A stretch of 64,000 nucleotides of DNA, taken from the NCBI GenBank assembly GCA_963674785.1, contig OY771555.1, forward strand, positions 1,024,001 to 1,088,000, written 5' to 3'. The notes beneath the pieces are model-generated. The model did not search any database. It was given only the letters and a program-made list of their open reading frames with translations, and was not told where the DNA came from. Every line of letters starts with the position of its first letter. Position 1 is the first letter of the stretch. Both the position numbers and the translations under genes were made by a program. The DNA comes from Caldisericia bacterium. Lineage in GTDB: Bacteria > Caldisericota > Caldisericia > JAAYUI01. Positions 19,570-30,201 of the stretch are shown one piece after another.

Positions 19570-20916
19570 TTAATCTTCTTGGTCACCTGGAATCTCTTTA
19601 TTTACCATAACCCTGACTTTTGTGATTCTGAATTTCTTGATCTTGTCTATGATGAAGGTTATGTCATCCTCAACAACTCTTTCCTTCAGTTTTCCAAGGT
19701 GTCCGAGTTTGTCGTTGATGAATCCGGCGATTGTGTCATATTCTTCATCAGAGATTTCAGTTCCTAAGAAATCATTCAGATCTTCAATCTCGGTGTCACC
19801 GGGGAAAATGTAGGTATTTTTGTTGACTTTGATGATGCCGTCCATCTCTTTGTCGTATTCATCCTGAATCTCACCAACGAGTTCCTCAAGAAGATCTTCA
19901 AGGGTTACCAGTCCCGAAACACCACCATATTCATCAACGACAATCGCAAGGTGGACATGAGTCAGTTGCATTTCGCTGAACAGTTCAGAAATATGCTTGG
20001 TTTCATGAACAAATTTTGTTTTTCTTATTATTCCAGGGATGCTGAAGTTGTTTTCCCCAGATGCAATGTAAGGTATGAGGTCTTTTATGTGGACAACACC
20101 TTTTATGTTGTCAGTTGATTCCTCAAAAATAGGTATTCTGGAAAACCCTGTTTCTCTGAATGTCTGGATGAGCTGAGCAAGATTACTTTCAATTGGAAGA
20201 ACAGTCATGTCAACCCTTGCAACCATGACATCTCGAACGGTTGTGTCTCCAAACTCAAAAACCCTTTCGATCATCTCGCGTTCACCCTTGGGGATTATCC
20301 CCTCACGGTGTGAGACATCAAGCATTGCCTCAAGTTCTTGCTCTGATACAACTGATTGATCTCCTGGATCTTCTTTTACATGTAAAATCCAGAGCATTCC
20401 TGATGTGAACTTCTGGAAGAGCCACACGATTGGAAAACAAATAAATGTTGAAAAAAGTACTGGGTAATAAACGATTTTTGAAACTGCGAAGGGCTTTCTT
20501 GTGGCAGCAGTTTTGGGAAGCATTTCACCAAATAGGACAATTACTGCTGTCATTATTGGTGTAACCCAAACAACAAATGAGCCAGCATGTGCTGCCATTG
20601 CAGGGGCTTTTGTACCAGCTTCAGCTGCAGCTTCAGCAGCTTTTTGTAAGGATAAAGACAGCTTTAATGCTATGTCCGTTGCAAGTACCGTTGCTCCAAT
20701 GTTTACTAGGTTATTGACAATGAGTATTGTTGTGAGGGTTGTTTCTCTTTTCAGTCTCAGTTTGAGAATGCTCCCTGCCAGGGCAACTCCCTTGTCTGCC
20801 ATTTCTTTAAGCTGAATCTTGTTTGATGAGATCAGCGCTGTTTCAGATGCTGAAAAAATTGCCGATAAAATTAATAATCCAATTAATGCTAAAATGCTAC
20901 TACTTTGAGGGTCCAT
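19570..20916 (-). CDS. CNNM/HlyC-CorC family protein (DUF21 + CBS + CorC)
   Basis: [44 protein letters not shown]. Confidence 0.92.
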   Translation of the reverse strand: MDPQSSSILALIGLLILSAIFSASETALISSNKIQLKEMADKGVALAGSILKLRLKRETTLTTILIVNNLVNIGATVLATDIALKLSLSLQKAAEAAAEAGTKAPAMAAHAGSFVVWVTPIMTAVIVLFGEMLPKTAATRKPFAVSKIVYYPVLFSTFICFPIVWLFQKFTSGMLWILHVKEDPGDQSVVSEQELEAMLDVSHREGIIPKGEREMIERVFEFGDTTVRDVMVARVDMTVLPIESNLAQLIQTFRETGFSRIPIFEESTDNIKGVVHIKDLIPYIASGENNFSIPGIIRKTKFVHETKHISELFSEMQLTHVHLAIVVDEYGGVSGLVTLEDLLEELVGEIQDEYDKEMDGIIKVNKNTYIFPGDTEIEDLNDFLGTEISDEEYDTIAGFINDKLGHLGKLKERVVEDDITFIIDKIKKFRITKVRVMVNKEIPGDQED

Positions 20917-21313
20917 ATTTCTCCATTATTACCCATAGTGTGGGTGTGATTATTATTGATACTAGGAGCACCCCGGGGGAACTCCAAGCGTAATTTGTAA
21001 AGATTATTAGACCAACTATTGCTGATCCTATTGAGATCACAAGTACAGCAGATGCTGAAACATCAAGGGCTGCTCTTGGATTTTTGTGTCCCTCAGCGAG
21101 TCTTTCGATTGCAGTGTTGAAAAGCTCAGCACAAAGCACTGAAAAAATGCACATAAGAATTATCGCAATGTGTGTAAGTGAGGGTTGGTAATAAATCATA
21201 CAAAGAATAACAATCGCCATCGATGCAAGATGTCTTCTGAAATTGGGTTCTTTCCAGCCAACAGAAAAACCTATGAATGCACGTTTGAAAGATCTCTTAA
21301 GAGTGTGATTCAT
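20900..21313 (-). CDS. dgkA: Diacylglycerol/undecaprenol kinase
   Basis: EPNFRRH, ELFNTAIE, D.SASAV; usual position after ybeY. Confidence 0.85.
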   Translation of the reverse strand: MNHTLKRSFKRAFIGFSVGWKEPNFRRHLASMAIVILCMIYYQPSLTHIAIILMCIFSVLCAELFNTAIERLAEGHKNPRAALDVSASAVLVISIGSAIVGLIIFTNYAWSSPGVLLVSIIITPTLWVIMEKYGPSK

Positions 21314-21746
21314 TGTACTCCCTCAAAATCTTCTCCCCAATCTCAATTACGTTTTCTCTCTCGTCTTCTGTTTCATGGTGAGTTCCAGAGAGGTGTAGGA
21401 GTCCGTGAGAAATTAGGAACAGAATGTATTGTTCAAGTGATCTGTCGTCTTTGGTTCGTTCTGCATATGGGACGCTGACCGCTATCTCTCCTGCATGAAA
21501 GATTCCATCAGGTGAGATGAATCCATCTTCAAACGATAGAACATCAGTTGGGGCATCAACATTACGAAACTCATTATTTAGTTTCTGAATCTCGTTGTCG
21601 TCTGTTAGCAAGATGCTGACAGATACAGGGTTAGTGACAGAAAAGAATTTTGGAATTACTGATAAGACAAAGTTTTGGATGCTACTTTGATAAGGACCAG
21701 ACTCAGGTCCTGAGACATCACAACTGTCGCTACTTTGCTTTTCCAT
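21297..21746 (-). CDS. ybeY: rRNA maturation endoribonuclease YbeY
   Basis: PTDVLSF, HGLLHLSG.HH. Confidence 0.92.
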   Translation of the reverse strand: MEKQSSDSCDVSGPESGPYQSSIQNFVLSVIPKFFSVTNPVSVSILLTDDNEIQKLNNEFRNVDAPTDVLSFEDGFISPDGIFHAGEIAVSVPYAERTKDDRSLEQYILFLISHGLLHLSGTHHETEDERENVIEIGEKILREYNESHS

Positions 21747-23839
21747 TACTCTTTCAATTCCTTATCCGTCGGGTATGGAACCCTTTCGTGTCTTGTTGAC
21801 GCAATCTGATTTGTCAGGGCAACTTTTACTTTGCTAAGTTCATCCAAACTGATTGGACAATCAGAAAGCTGTCCATCATTTATACGGTCTTTTATAATAC
21901 TGTCTACCAAATCTTCAATCTTGCTTCGCTCAGGTTTTCTTGCCCTGGCTGCTGATTCAGCAGCATCAGAGATCATTACGACTGCCTCTTCAATTGTTTT
22001 TGGTTTTTCACCTTTGTATCTAAAATCGGTTTTTCTGCAAAGTGGGTCAGTCTCTTTTGCTTTCATGTAGAAATATTGTACCACAGTGGTTCCATGATGT
22101 GATGATATGAAGTTTGTTACCTCAGGAGGAAGTCCATAACTACTAGCGATGTCATGACCCTCTTTGATGTGTTTAGTGATAATAAGCGTTGACATCGTTG
22201 GAGTGATTTCCTCGTGGGGATTTGCACCAGTCTGGTTTTCGATGAAGAATTCTGGATGTTTTAGTTTTCCAATATCGTGGTAGTATCCACCCACTCTTGC
22301 AAGAAGTGAATTTGCACCGATTGCCTCACAGGCAGCAGATGAAATATTTCCGACAAGAAGTGAGTGTTGGTAGGTACCAGGAGCTTCAAGCATGAGTCTT
22401 TTCATAAGAGGTGAATTGAGGTCTGAAAGCTCAAGCAGATGGAATACAGTCGACTCGTTTGTGATTCGCTCAAGAAGTGGAGTTAGACCAAAACCAAGGG
22501 CGATTTGAACAGCGGTCGAGAATGCGGCATATCCGCCCATAATGAAGATATGTGTGAGGTCGGTTGTAAAAAGCCAGTAGAAGATGAAGAGAATTACTGC
22601 TCCAAGCATGCTGTACCCGGCAACAAGAAAGAAATCAGAAAATCTTTTGACTCGGTCAAGGTGCAAACAAGTGAGTAATGCCAGTACACCATATCCGATT
22701 ATGAGGGCGATGATTCCATGGCTTTCTGTGAACCCAATTCTTGAATAGATTGCCATAATGGGGGCAAGGAACAGAAGGGTTGGTATGGAAATCTTTGTTC
22801 CCAGGAATATCGACATGATAAATGCTATGAATGGGATTGGAACAAGGAATGGATTTATTGGAACAAGGAATCTTGAGGATACGATGAAGAGAGTAATGAT
22901 TATTGTAAAGAGAACCATTCGTTGTCTGTCGATAAACACTTTTGGATCAAACCAGAAAAGAAGGAAGTATAAACCAAGTATCACGATAAACGGAAGAACA
23001 AAGATGATTGCCCATTTTCTTGGGTCGTCAACTCTTGATGATATCCCAAGTTTTTCAATTGTTTCAATGTCCTCGGAAGAGATAATCTCACCCTCATCAA
23101 TTAGGATTTGATTTTCTTTTATCTCCTTCATAATAGGGGTTACTTGGTTTCTGACATCCTCCCTGGCTTCTTTGGTTGCCTCGATGTCTTCTTGAAGATT
23201 TACCTCAACCAACTGGATACAAACCTCTAGCATCGATTCATGGTAGATGGGTGGGATATCTGATTGTTTGAGTGCGAAGTCTAGCGACTTATCTCTGCTT
23301 TCGTATCTTTCTTGTGTTACGCCTTCATTCATAATATCGGAGACAATAGTTTGAATTGTGTCTTTGATTTCATTGAACTCAAGCCTGTTTAGACCCGCAA
23401 AGGTGAGAAGCGTTTGATCTTTTAGTTTGATGTTCAGATCAGGGTTTTCTGACATTCGAAGCTTGATTCTGACGGCTCTTTCTCTGTCAGTTACAAAATC
23501 TTCATCCGATTCATAGTTAACGTTTTCGATTATCGGAAAAAGCTGTTCAAAAGAGTTTTCAGAATGTTTTGTTACCGATGTGATCTTCTTGTATATCGTG
23601 TCAACCTTTTCGGCAGCTTCTTCCTGTGCGTTTTTTGTTGCTTCCTCATCAACAATCGAGGCATCTTTCGGTGAGACAATAACTTGTGGGGCAACATTTC
23701 CGGCTCTCAATACAAAAGAAAAACCCGGATAGAAAAGGGACATCAAACATAAACTAAGAGATATATATACTAACGCGGCAGAAACCCAAACGATCGGGTT
23801 TTGCAGCGGACCATTTTTTTTGTGTTTTTTCTTTCTCAT
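21746..23839 (-). CDS. 7TM-HD phosphohydrolase (PgpH-like c-di-AMP phosphodiesterase)
   Basis: Extracellular domain, 7 TM, EAPGTYQHS, YYHDIGK, SHHGT. Confidence 0.88.
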   Translation of the reverse strand: MRKKKHKKNGPLQNPIVWVSAALVYISLSLCLMSLFYPGFSFVLRAGNVAPQVIVSPKDASIVDEEATKNAQEEAAEKVDTIYKKITSVTKHSENSFEQLFPIIENVNYESDEDFVTDRERAVRIKLRMSENPDLNIKLKDQTLLTFAGLNRLEFNEIKDTIQTIVSDIMNEGVTQERYESRDKSLDFALKQSDIPPIYHESMLEVCIQLVEVNLQEDIEATKEAREDVRNQVTPIMKEIKENQILIDEGEIISSEDIETIEKLGISSRVDDPRKWAIIFVLPFIVILGLYFLLFWFDPKVFIDRQRMVLFTIIITLFIVSSRFLVPINPFLVPIPFIAFIMSIFLGTKISIPTLLFLAPIMAIYSRIGFTESHGIIALIIGYGVLALLTCLHLDRVKRFSDFFLVAGYSMLGAVILFIFYWLFTTDLTHIFIMGGYAAFSTAVQIALGFGLTPLLERITNESTVFHLLELSDLNSPLMKRLMLEAPGTYQHSLLVGNISSAACEAIGANSLLARVGGYYHDIGKLKHPEFFIENQTGANPHEEITPTMSTLIITKHIKEGHDIASSYGLPPEVTNFISSHHGTTVVQYFYMKAKETDPLCRKTDFRYKGEKPKTIEEAVVMISDAAESAARARKPERSKIEDLVDSIIKDRINDGQLSDCPISLDELSKVKVALTNQIASTRHERVPYPTDKELKE

Positions 23840-23881
23840 GATGTGGGGGTCAAGCCCAGAAAGACCCCCAATTATCTTCCT

Positions 23882-24058
23882 TTACTTCCTACTTTTTTTT
23901 ACTTTTCTTGCTCTTTTTTTCTTACGTAAGATTGATGGAGGGATAAAGTATTCTCTTTTTCTGATCTCGGTAAACAGTTTATCTTTAAGACAAATCTGCT
24001 GGAATCTACGTAACAATCCGTCGAAACCTTCGTTATCTTTCTTTTTGACTTCTTTCAT
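23882..24058 (-). CDS. rpsU: 30S ribosomal protein S21
   Basis: Not in the ORF track. MKEVKKKDNEGFDGLLRRFQQICLKDKLFTEIRKREYFIPPSILRKKKRARKVKKSRK; GGGGGTGA RBS; usual position after HIT. Confidence 0.92.
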   Translation of the reverse strand: MKEVKKKDNEGFDGLLRRFQQICLKDKLFTEIRKREYFIPPSILRKKKRARKVKKSRK

Positions 24059-24096
24059 TTTGCTCTATCACCCCCTTTCATTCGGCCGACTTACAG

Positions 24097-24426
24097 TCAT
24101 GGCCAGCTCAACTCTTGTCCGCCAAGGATGTGAATATGGATATGGAAAACAGTCTGCCCAACACCAGCACCGGTATTGATGACAGTTCTATAATCATTTC
24201 CCACACCCAGTTTCTGGGCAATTTTGGGGACAACAAGCAGAAGCTTGCCAGCCAGCTCGGAATCATTAAGCTCGTTCAAACTAGAAATATGCTTTTTAGG
24301 TATAACAAGAACGTGGGTTTTGGCTACAGGATTAATATCCCTGAAAGCCAAAACATCATCGTCCTCATACACTTTTGTAGATGGTAATTCGTTATTTATG
24401 ATTTTGCAGAAAATACAGTCTTCCAA
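24097..24426 (-). CDS. Histidine triad (HinT) protein
   Basis: DCIFCKI, AFRDINP, HIHIH. Confidence 0.93.
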   Translation of the reverse strand: MEDCIFCKIINNELPSTKVYEDDDVLAFRDINPVAKTHVLVIPKKHISSLNELNDSELAGKLLLVVPKIAQKLGVGNDYRTVINTGAGVGQTVFHIHIHILGGQELSWP

Positions 24427-24428
24427 AT

Positions 24429-25010
24429 TTATTGCTCCTGATTTTCTGGGTTGCTTTCAATTTCTGGTTCAGGTTCTGATTCAGCAAGCTTATCAGTGTT
24501 ATCGGTTTCTTCTTCATCAGATGGAAATGCAATTGAGGCTGCAGGCCAGAATGCGAGCATCACGGATGCAGGAAGTGACCAGGTGAGTCTCTTTGTGAAA
24601 ACGTATTCTGCAACGATTGCAATAATCGAAACACCCAACCAGCCAATAACCGATGAGAGAAGTGGAGATTTTGTTTTTTTGAGTGTTGTTGAATAAATGA
24701 CGTAACCGATTGGCCAGAAAACACATGCTGGTGCAAGCAAAGTTGACCATGTAAGTGTTCCTGTCTGGAGAAAATTGGTCAAGAGAAGCATGAGTGCAAG
24801 GATAGATGCTCCGGTGATGTGCCTTAAAAAACTATCTGGAAGGTATGTAAAAACGACTGTCTCAAGTGGCCATACTGCAAAAAGTGTTATTGTTCCCCAG
24901 AACCATGTGAGTTCACCCATAGTTTCTGCTCTATTCATATAGAATGAAATAGCAACAAGTACCACAAAACCAACAATCGAAAACCATATCGAAGCGTTAT
25001 TTTTTTTCAA
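24429..25010 (-). CDS. Membrane protein with three repeated 2-TM units
   Basis: Repeated LTW...WP motif; acidic tail. Confidence 0.7.
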   Translation of the reverse strand: MKKNNASIWFSIVGFVVLVAISFYMNRAETMGELTWFWGTITLFAVWPLETVVFTYLPDSFLRHITGASILALMLLLTNFLQTGTLTWSTLLAPACVFWPIGYVIYSTTLKKTKSPLLSSVIGWLGVSIIAIVAEYVFTKRLTWSLPASVMLAFWPAASIAFPSDEEETDNTDKLAESEPEPEIESNPENQEQ

Positions 25011-26176
25011 ACCTTTTCTCCAATCAAGATGTTTCCTTCGATTCCTATTATCTTGCAGACAACCAATTCCCCCTGAGCAACTTCACCGTTTATCCTCACA
25101 CGATTGTAAGAACCTGTGAATCCACCAGAGTCTTTTTCTACAAGGACAGAAACCCGACTGCCTATGTTATCACAAAGTGCTTTTAAAGCAAGGGTGTTTG
25201 CTAAATCTCTGGCTTTTTTTGCACGATTTGTGACTGTCTCGCTGTGAACGGGTTTCATATTAAATGCATCAGTATTTGGTCTTGGTGAAAACGGGAAAAC
25301 ATGGCATTTTGAAAATCTGGCTTTCTCCATTATGTTGAGAGTTTCATTGAAATCATCCTCTGATTCACCTGGGAAGCCGATGATTATGTCTGTAGTAATT
25401 CCGACATCTGGGTTTGTTTTTTTTGCCGATATGACAAGAGACATGAAGTGTTTACTTGTATATCCTCTCCTCATTTTCTTTAGGATGTTATTTGAACCAG
25501 ATTGTATTGGCAGATGAAGATGTGGGGCAACCTTTGGAAACTTTAGAATTTCGGATACAAGTTCTGGTGTAAGATGTCTGGGATTGAAAGATGACAAGCG
25601 AATTCTTTTGATGTCTGTTTTTGAGAGTTTTGAAAGCAACTTCGTCATCTCATTAAAATGACCAATCTCTGTACCACATAGTACAACCTCGGGGTGCCCA
25701 TTTTCAGCAAGTTTTTCAACTTCATGAACGATCTCTGAAAGTTCTCTATTTCTGGGTTTCCCTCGAAGTGTTGGGACAATGCAGTATGAACAATAATTTG
25801 AGCATCCATATTGAATCGCTACCATTGCCCTTGTGTGTCCGCTGAAATTTGAAATCATCTTGAGTGTTTTTCCATCAAACCCAACTAAGCTGGGAAGCAT
25901 TTCAAGATTGTTTGGAGGGAGTTTTGCAACTGTTGTCTCAGAGTTTTTTGAACCGGCACATCCAGCTGCGATGATTGTTTTTTCGTTCCTATATTTCTCA
26001 ATCAGTCTAAAACACTCAGCCTGAGCTCTTTGAGTTACAAGACATCCAACAACAAATAAAATCTCGGAATCATCAATTTCTGTTTCAATGCCACCAAAAC
26101 TGATCATCGACTCCCGAATAATTTGAGCCTGATACTGGTTTACTTTGCACCCAAAAGGGACTATCGAGAAATTCAC
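25007..26176 (-). CDS. mtaB: tRNA t6A37 methylthiotransferase
   Basis: GCKVNQY, CSNYCSYC, HLHLPIQSGS; follows rsmE. Confidence 0.88.
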   Translation of the reverse strand: MNFSIVPFGCKVNQYQAQIIRESMISFGGIETEIDDSEILFVVGCLVTQRAQAECFRLIEKYRNEKTIIAAGCAGSKNSETTVAKLPPNNLEMLPSLVGFDGKTLKMISNFSGHTRAMVAIQYGCSNYCSYCIVPTLRGKPRNRELSEIVHEVEKLAENGHPEVVLCGTEIGHFNEMTKLLSKLSKTDIKRIRLSSFNPRHLTPELVSEILKFPKVAPHLHLPIQSGSNNILKKMRRGYTSKHFMSLVISAKKTNPDVGITTDIIIGFPGESEDDFNETLNIMEKARFSKCHVFPFSPRPNTDAFNMKPVHSETVTNRAKKARDLANTLALKALCDNIGSRVSVLVEKDSGGFTGSYNRVRINGEVAQGELVVCKIIGIEGNILIGEKV

Positions 26177-26886
26177 TTTTTCCCTTCGATGAGTGCAAGA
26201 ATTTGTGAGAATGTTACGATGGATGCAAGTTGAGTTCGTAGTATCCTTGGTCCAAGTGTTATTGGTTTAAATCCGTTCTTGAGGGCAAAAGCGATTTCAT
26301 CATGTGCAAGCCCTCCCTCTGGACCAATGACAACGGTTATTGTTTCCTGGTCACCTGCAAGTGTGGATGATATATAGTTGTCTCTTTCAAGCTCCCAGGG
26401 GATGAGTTTCTCTCCTGAGCTTGCAAGTATTGCTTCATCAAATGGAAGCGGAGGAGCAATTTTTGGAATGATCTCTCGACCCGAAAGTCCTGCTGAGGAT
26501 TCGGCGACTTTTTTTAGATGCTCGAGTTTTCTGTTGAGTCTTTCTCCACGCATCTTGTGTTGAATTCTGCTTGACTCTGCAAGCTGAATTTCAGAAACAC
26601 CGAGTTGTGTACAAGTTTCAACAATTCCACTTAGTTTGTCAGGTCTTGTAACACATTGAACCAGAATCAGTTTTTTGGGAAGTTCAACTGAAAGTTCAAC
26701 CCTTGAAATGACCTCTAGACCAACAACTCTTGCCTCAGAATCAATCGAGTCTATTTTTGCAAGAAATCTTCTTCCAAGTCCTTGAATGACTTCGATTTCA
26801 TCACCAGTTTTTAGCCTTAAAACGTTGATCGCATGATGATAGTTGTCGTTTTCGAGAAAATAGTCTTCCACGTAGAATCTGTGCAT
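26173..26886 (-). CDS. rsmE: 16S rRNA m3U1498 methyltransferase
   Basis: HAINVLRL, IGPEGG, LGPRILRT. Confidence 0.93.
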   Translation of the reverse strand: MHRFYVEDYFLENDNYHHAINVLRLKTGDEIEVIQGLGRRFLAKIDSIDSEARVVGLEVISRVELSVELPKKLILVQCVTRPDKLSGIVETCTQLGVSEIQLAESSRIQHKMRGERLNRKLEHLKKVAESSAGLSGREIIPKIAPPLPFDEAILASSGEKLIPWELERDNYISSTLAGDQETITVVIGPEGGLAHDEIAFALKNGFKPITLGPRILRTQLASIVTFSQILALIEGKK

Positions 26887-26888
26887 TT

Positions 26889-27917
26889 TTATTCTCCCAA
26901 CAGAGCCGATTCCAATACCTTCGAAAGGTAGTTCAGAGCCTCGAAACTTCTCTCATAGTTCATTCGAAGAGGTCCGATCAGGGACAATACACCTATGGCA
27001 TCATCAACTTGATATGGTTTTCCAATATACACAGCGTTTGTTAGTTCAGGAATCCTGCTTTCAGAACCAATCACAATATCGAGGTCACCCTTTGTGATTG
27101 TATCAAGAAGCAACTCCTGAATTGTTTCTTTAACAGATATTATCTCAAGCAGTTGGTGTATATGTTCGGTAGAACCACCAAATGAAGGATTTCCAAACAA
27201 TCTGTGTGTTCCCTCTTGAAGAATTCTTATGACTTCACGAGAGGTAACCTCTCTGATGAGCTGAAGAACATTTAGGATGATATCTTTGTGGGCTTCGAAG
27301 TCTGTTCTTTCTCTTACGAGGTGTGAAAAAATTTGAATCGGTGTCCAGCTTGGGTTTGATTTGATACTTGTGAGAATCGCTGATGATATTGCATTTAGAA
27401 TATTCTGGTTAGGAGTTGATTTGATTGTCAACATGAATTCTCTTATGTCGTCAGCGTTAACAACCATCACTAGCAACACTTTGTTAGGTGGCACCGAAAC
27501 TAGATGGATTGACTTGAGTTTCAATCTCTGTGCGAGAGGGAAAAGTACTATTGAAACGGTCTGGGTGTACTCAGATAGAGAGCTTGATGCCGACCGAAGG
27601 ATTGAATTGAGATTATGTCTTTCAGGTATCTCAAAAGGAATCTCACTTGCCGCAGGATTTTTGTTTTGCAGTAGATTGTTGATGTATTTTCTATATCCTC
27701 TGTAGCTTGGAATCCTGCCTGAAGAGATGTGGGGTCTTATGACCAGACCTTCTGATTCGAGTCTTGCAAGCTCAGACCTTATTGTGGCTGACGAGACAGA
27801 GTATGGCATTTTGCTCGCGATTTCCTCTGATGAAATCGGTTCACCATTTTTTATGTAGCTTGAAATCAAAATCTTCAAAACAAGCCATGTTCTGTTCTCG
27901 CTATTTTCAGTAGTCAT
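26889..27917 (-). CDS. hrcA: Heat-inducible transcription repressor
   Basis: SSATIRSEL..LE..G, PHISSGRIPS..GYR, IGPLRMNY; start moved to MTTE. Confidence 0.92.
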   Translation of the reverse strand: MTTENSENRTWLVLKILISSYIKNGEPISSEEIASKMPYSVSSATIRSELARLESEGLVIRPHISSGRIPSYRGYRKYINNLLQNKNPAASEIPFEIPERHNLNSILRSASSSLSEYTQTVSIVLFPLAQRLKLKSIHLVSVPPNKVLLVMVVNADDIREFMLTIKSTPNQNILNAISSAILTSIKSNPSWTPIQIFSHLVRERTDFEAHKDIILNVLQLIREVTSREVIRILQEGTHRLFGNPSFGGSTEHIHQLLEIISVKETIQELLLDTITKGDLDIVIGSESRIPELTNAVYIGKPYQVDDAIGVLSLIGPLRMNYERSFEALNYLSKVLESALLGE

Positions 27918-28038
27918 TACTAGACATATTATCTCACATAAGCTTTGGTTCATCAAGTGTTTTTACCTTTCCTATTGACTAATACTCACAATCGTGAGAC
28001 AATTACCGAGGTTTTTTAAGTGAAAGGTAGGATTATCC

Positions 28039-28578
28039 ATGGAAAAAGAGAGACTTTTTTATTCTGAAGATTATGATGACAGTAACGATGAGTCAAAAAA
28101 TGATGAAATCACAAAACTCATTGCTGCTGATAATGCAAGAACCCAGTACTCACAATGCACCTCTGAAATCAGAAGAATGATAACTCTTTCTAATGTCTAT
28201 TCGTTTGGATATGTGGTTTTGTTTGCACTTTTCCTGTGGCTTTCCTTTGCTGTTTTCCCGCAGCATAGATTTGCTTTTAACTTTGGCAACAGTACCTACT
28301 CTCCAGTTCTTGTGCCATCATTGCTTTCCGTGATTATGTCAATTGTTGTTCTTTCACTAAATCTTGTTATCCAATTTTTTGGATTTTTGAATGAGAGAAA
28401 AAACATAGCAAAACTTGATAAGCTCATCAGGCTAAACAAAAGGCTTGAACTCAAAGACTTGATGCTCAATTCAAATCTTTACAATACACCCGACATCAGA
28501 TCAAAGGCAATCTTTCATTTTGTAATGATTGTTGCGGGTCTGGTTGCTCTGATTTCATATATTGCAATTTATTTCTAA
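28039..28578 (+). CDS. Hypothetical membrane protein (3 TM)
   Basis: ORF with AGGA RBS and hydrophobic segments. Confidence 0.6.
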   Translation: MEKERLFYSEDYDDSNDESKNDEITKLIAADNARTQYSQCTSEIRRMITLSNVYSFGYVVLFALFLWLSFAVFPQHRFAFNFGNSTYSPVLVPSLLSVIMSIVVLSLNLVIQFFGFLNERKNIAKLDKLIRLNKRLELKDLMLNSNLYNTPDIRSKAIFHFVMIVAGLVALISYIAIYF

Positions 28579-28637
28579 TTTTAGCTGTCTTGACTGTAAC
28601 TGTACTAGGAGTTAACTGAATACTGTCTCGAAAGAGA

Positions 28638-28722
28638 AAATATCGGGGTGCCGGAAGGCTGAGAGGAAACATATGTTTCCAACCCGCAGAACCTGATCTG
28701 GATAATGCCAGCGAAGGGAATG
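28638..28722 (+). ncRNA. TPP riboswitch
   Basis: GGGGTGC..GCTGAGA..AACCC..GAACCTGATCTGGATAATGCCAGCGAAGGGA core; downstream CCTCC (28759-63) can pair with the thiT SD GGAGG (28772-76). Confidence 0.95.
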
Positions 28723-28783
28723 CAAGTTTGTCCCAAATTTTTGGGATACCTTCCAACCCCTCCAGACTTAAGGAGGAAGACGT

Positions 28784-29569
28784 ATGGTTAATTACCTAAA
28801 TTTAGCCGCATCGCTACTTATTGCTGCAGGATTTATCTGGTTTGTTATTGCTACAAGGAAGATCGCATGGAAACCTATGGTTATTGCTGAAGTTGCAATT
28901 GCAGCAGGTCTATCACTAGTTTTTGGATTTCTAAAAATTGGGCAACTTCCACAAGGTGGGTCAATCACATTGGCAATTCTCCCGGTGCTTGTTATAGCCT
29001 TTAGAAGAGGTTTGGTGCCAGGTGTTGTAACAGGAGTTCTTGCTGGATTTTTACAGATGATATGTGACCCATTTTTTGTGCATCCACTACAGATTGCACT
29101 CGACTATCCATTCGCATGGGGAGCTTTAGGTCTTGCAGGGGTTGTTGTGAAAGATACCAGCAGAAAAAAATTCGTCTGGATTATCGGAATTGCGACACTA
29201 ATTGTGGTTGTTGGGTTTATTTCAACTTTTTTCATCCAGTCAGGAACTATTGTTTGGGATAGGTACGTGATGCTTGCGATATTGGTCATCTTCTTAGGCG
29301 CATCACTTTTCATATCTGGGAACGGATTCAAAGGTAAGATTGGAGCAGTTGCTCTTGGAAGTCTGGGAAGATTTATATTTCATTTTGTTTCCGGGGTTTT
29401 CTTTTTCGCTCAGTATGCTCTACCTGGATACAGCGTGGTTGGATATGTTGCCTTGTATATCTTCTCGCATCTTTTTTTCGAGGCGATCTTGTCAGCAATC
29501 GTTATAATCCCACTTCAAAGATCATCGAACTTGATGGAGTACCAAGAATCAGATAAAGTATCTGTGTGA
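28784..29569 (+). CDS. thiT: ECF thiamine transporter S component
   Basis: LPQGGSIT, RRG...G, HPLQIALDYP, RFIFHFVSG; directly behind a TPP riboswitch. Confidence 0.88.
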   Translation: MVNYLNLAASLLIAAGFIWFVIATRKIAWKPMVIAEVAIAAGLSLVFGFLKIGQLPQGGSITLAILPVLVIAFRRGLVPGVVTGVLAGFLQMICDPFFVHPLQIALDYPFAWGALGLAGVVVKDTSRKKFVWIIGIATLIVVVGFISTFFIQSGTIVWDRYVMLAILVIFLGASLFISGNGFKGKIGAVALGSLGRFIFHFVSGVFFFAQYALPGYSVVGYVALYIFSHLFFEAILSAIVIIPLQRSSNLMEYQESDKVSV

Positions 29570-30201
29570 CAGAGGAATATACGGTAAACCAAATATCAGA
29601 AGGATATTATGAGGATAGGAAGTCGGAGTTTTATGGAGTCTTGACTCCGACTTCTACGCCCGATGAATTCAAAGAATTTACTGACTCTCTCAGAAAAGAA
29701 CATCGAGAGATGTGTCATTTTTGTTCAGCATTCCGTATTAGAAACCAGATATTAACTGAGAAGGCGAGTGATGATGGTGAACCAAGCGGAACTGCTGGAA
29801 AACCAATTCTTGGAGCCTTGCAGAGAAAAAACCTAATGAATTGTGGTATTGTTGTTTACCGCAAGTTTGGTGGAACAAAGCTTGGTACTGGAGGTCTTGT
29901 TAAAGCATATGGGACAGCCGCAAGACTTGCCATAGAATCAGCCAAAATTGGTCAAATCATAGATATGCAAGGATTCTCATTTTCAGTTGATTATTCACTT
30001 TGGTCAAAACTTGAAAAAGAGATAAGAAATTATGACTCAAATCCTTTTTTAGACTATTCTGACTCTGTTGGAATTTCTTTGTTTGTGACTCCTGATCATA
30101 TTGATCAGTTTTTATCATCATTGAAAGAAATGACTGCTGGAAAAATAACACCACAAAAAACTGAAATAAAACCAGTTTTCAGACTCGCTGGAGGAAAATA
30201 A
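29566..30201 (+). CDS. yigZ: IMPACT/YigZ family protein
   Basis: SDDGEPSGTAGKP, FGGTKLGTGGLVKAY. Confidence 0.92.
   Translation: MTEEYTVNQISEGYYEDRKSEFYGVLTPTSTPDEFKEFTDSLRKEHREMCHFCSAFRIRNQILTEKASDDGEPSGTAGKPILGALQRKNLMNCGIVVYRKFGGTKLGTGGLVKAYGTAARLAIESAKIGQIIDMQGFSFSVDYSLWSKLEKEIRNYDSNPFLDYSDSVGISLFVTPDHIDQFLSSLKEMTAGKITPQKTEIKPVFRLAGGK

Noticed and set aside
23844-23870. TGGGGGTC/GACCCCCA hairpin after rpsU as a c-di-AMP riboswitch
   Set aside because: Far too short and lacks the ydaO core; probably a simple stabilising or attenuating stem
23820-24179. 119-aa + strand ORF rich in Phe/Leu
   Set aside because: Antisense shadow of the Lys-rich rpsU
27980-28006. CIRCE-like CTAATACTC...GAGACAATT upstream of hrcA
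   Set aside because: The spacer is 8 nt rather than 9 and there are many mismatches. It is better explained as the TTGACT-17-GACAAT promoter of the divergent gene.
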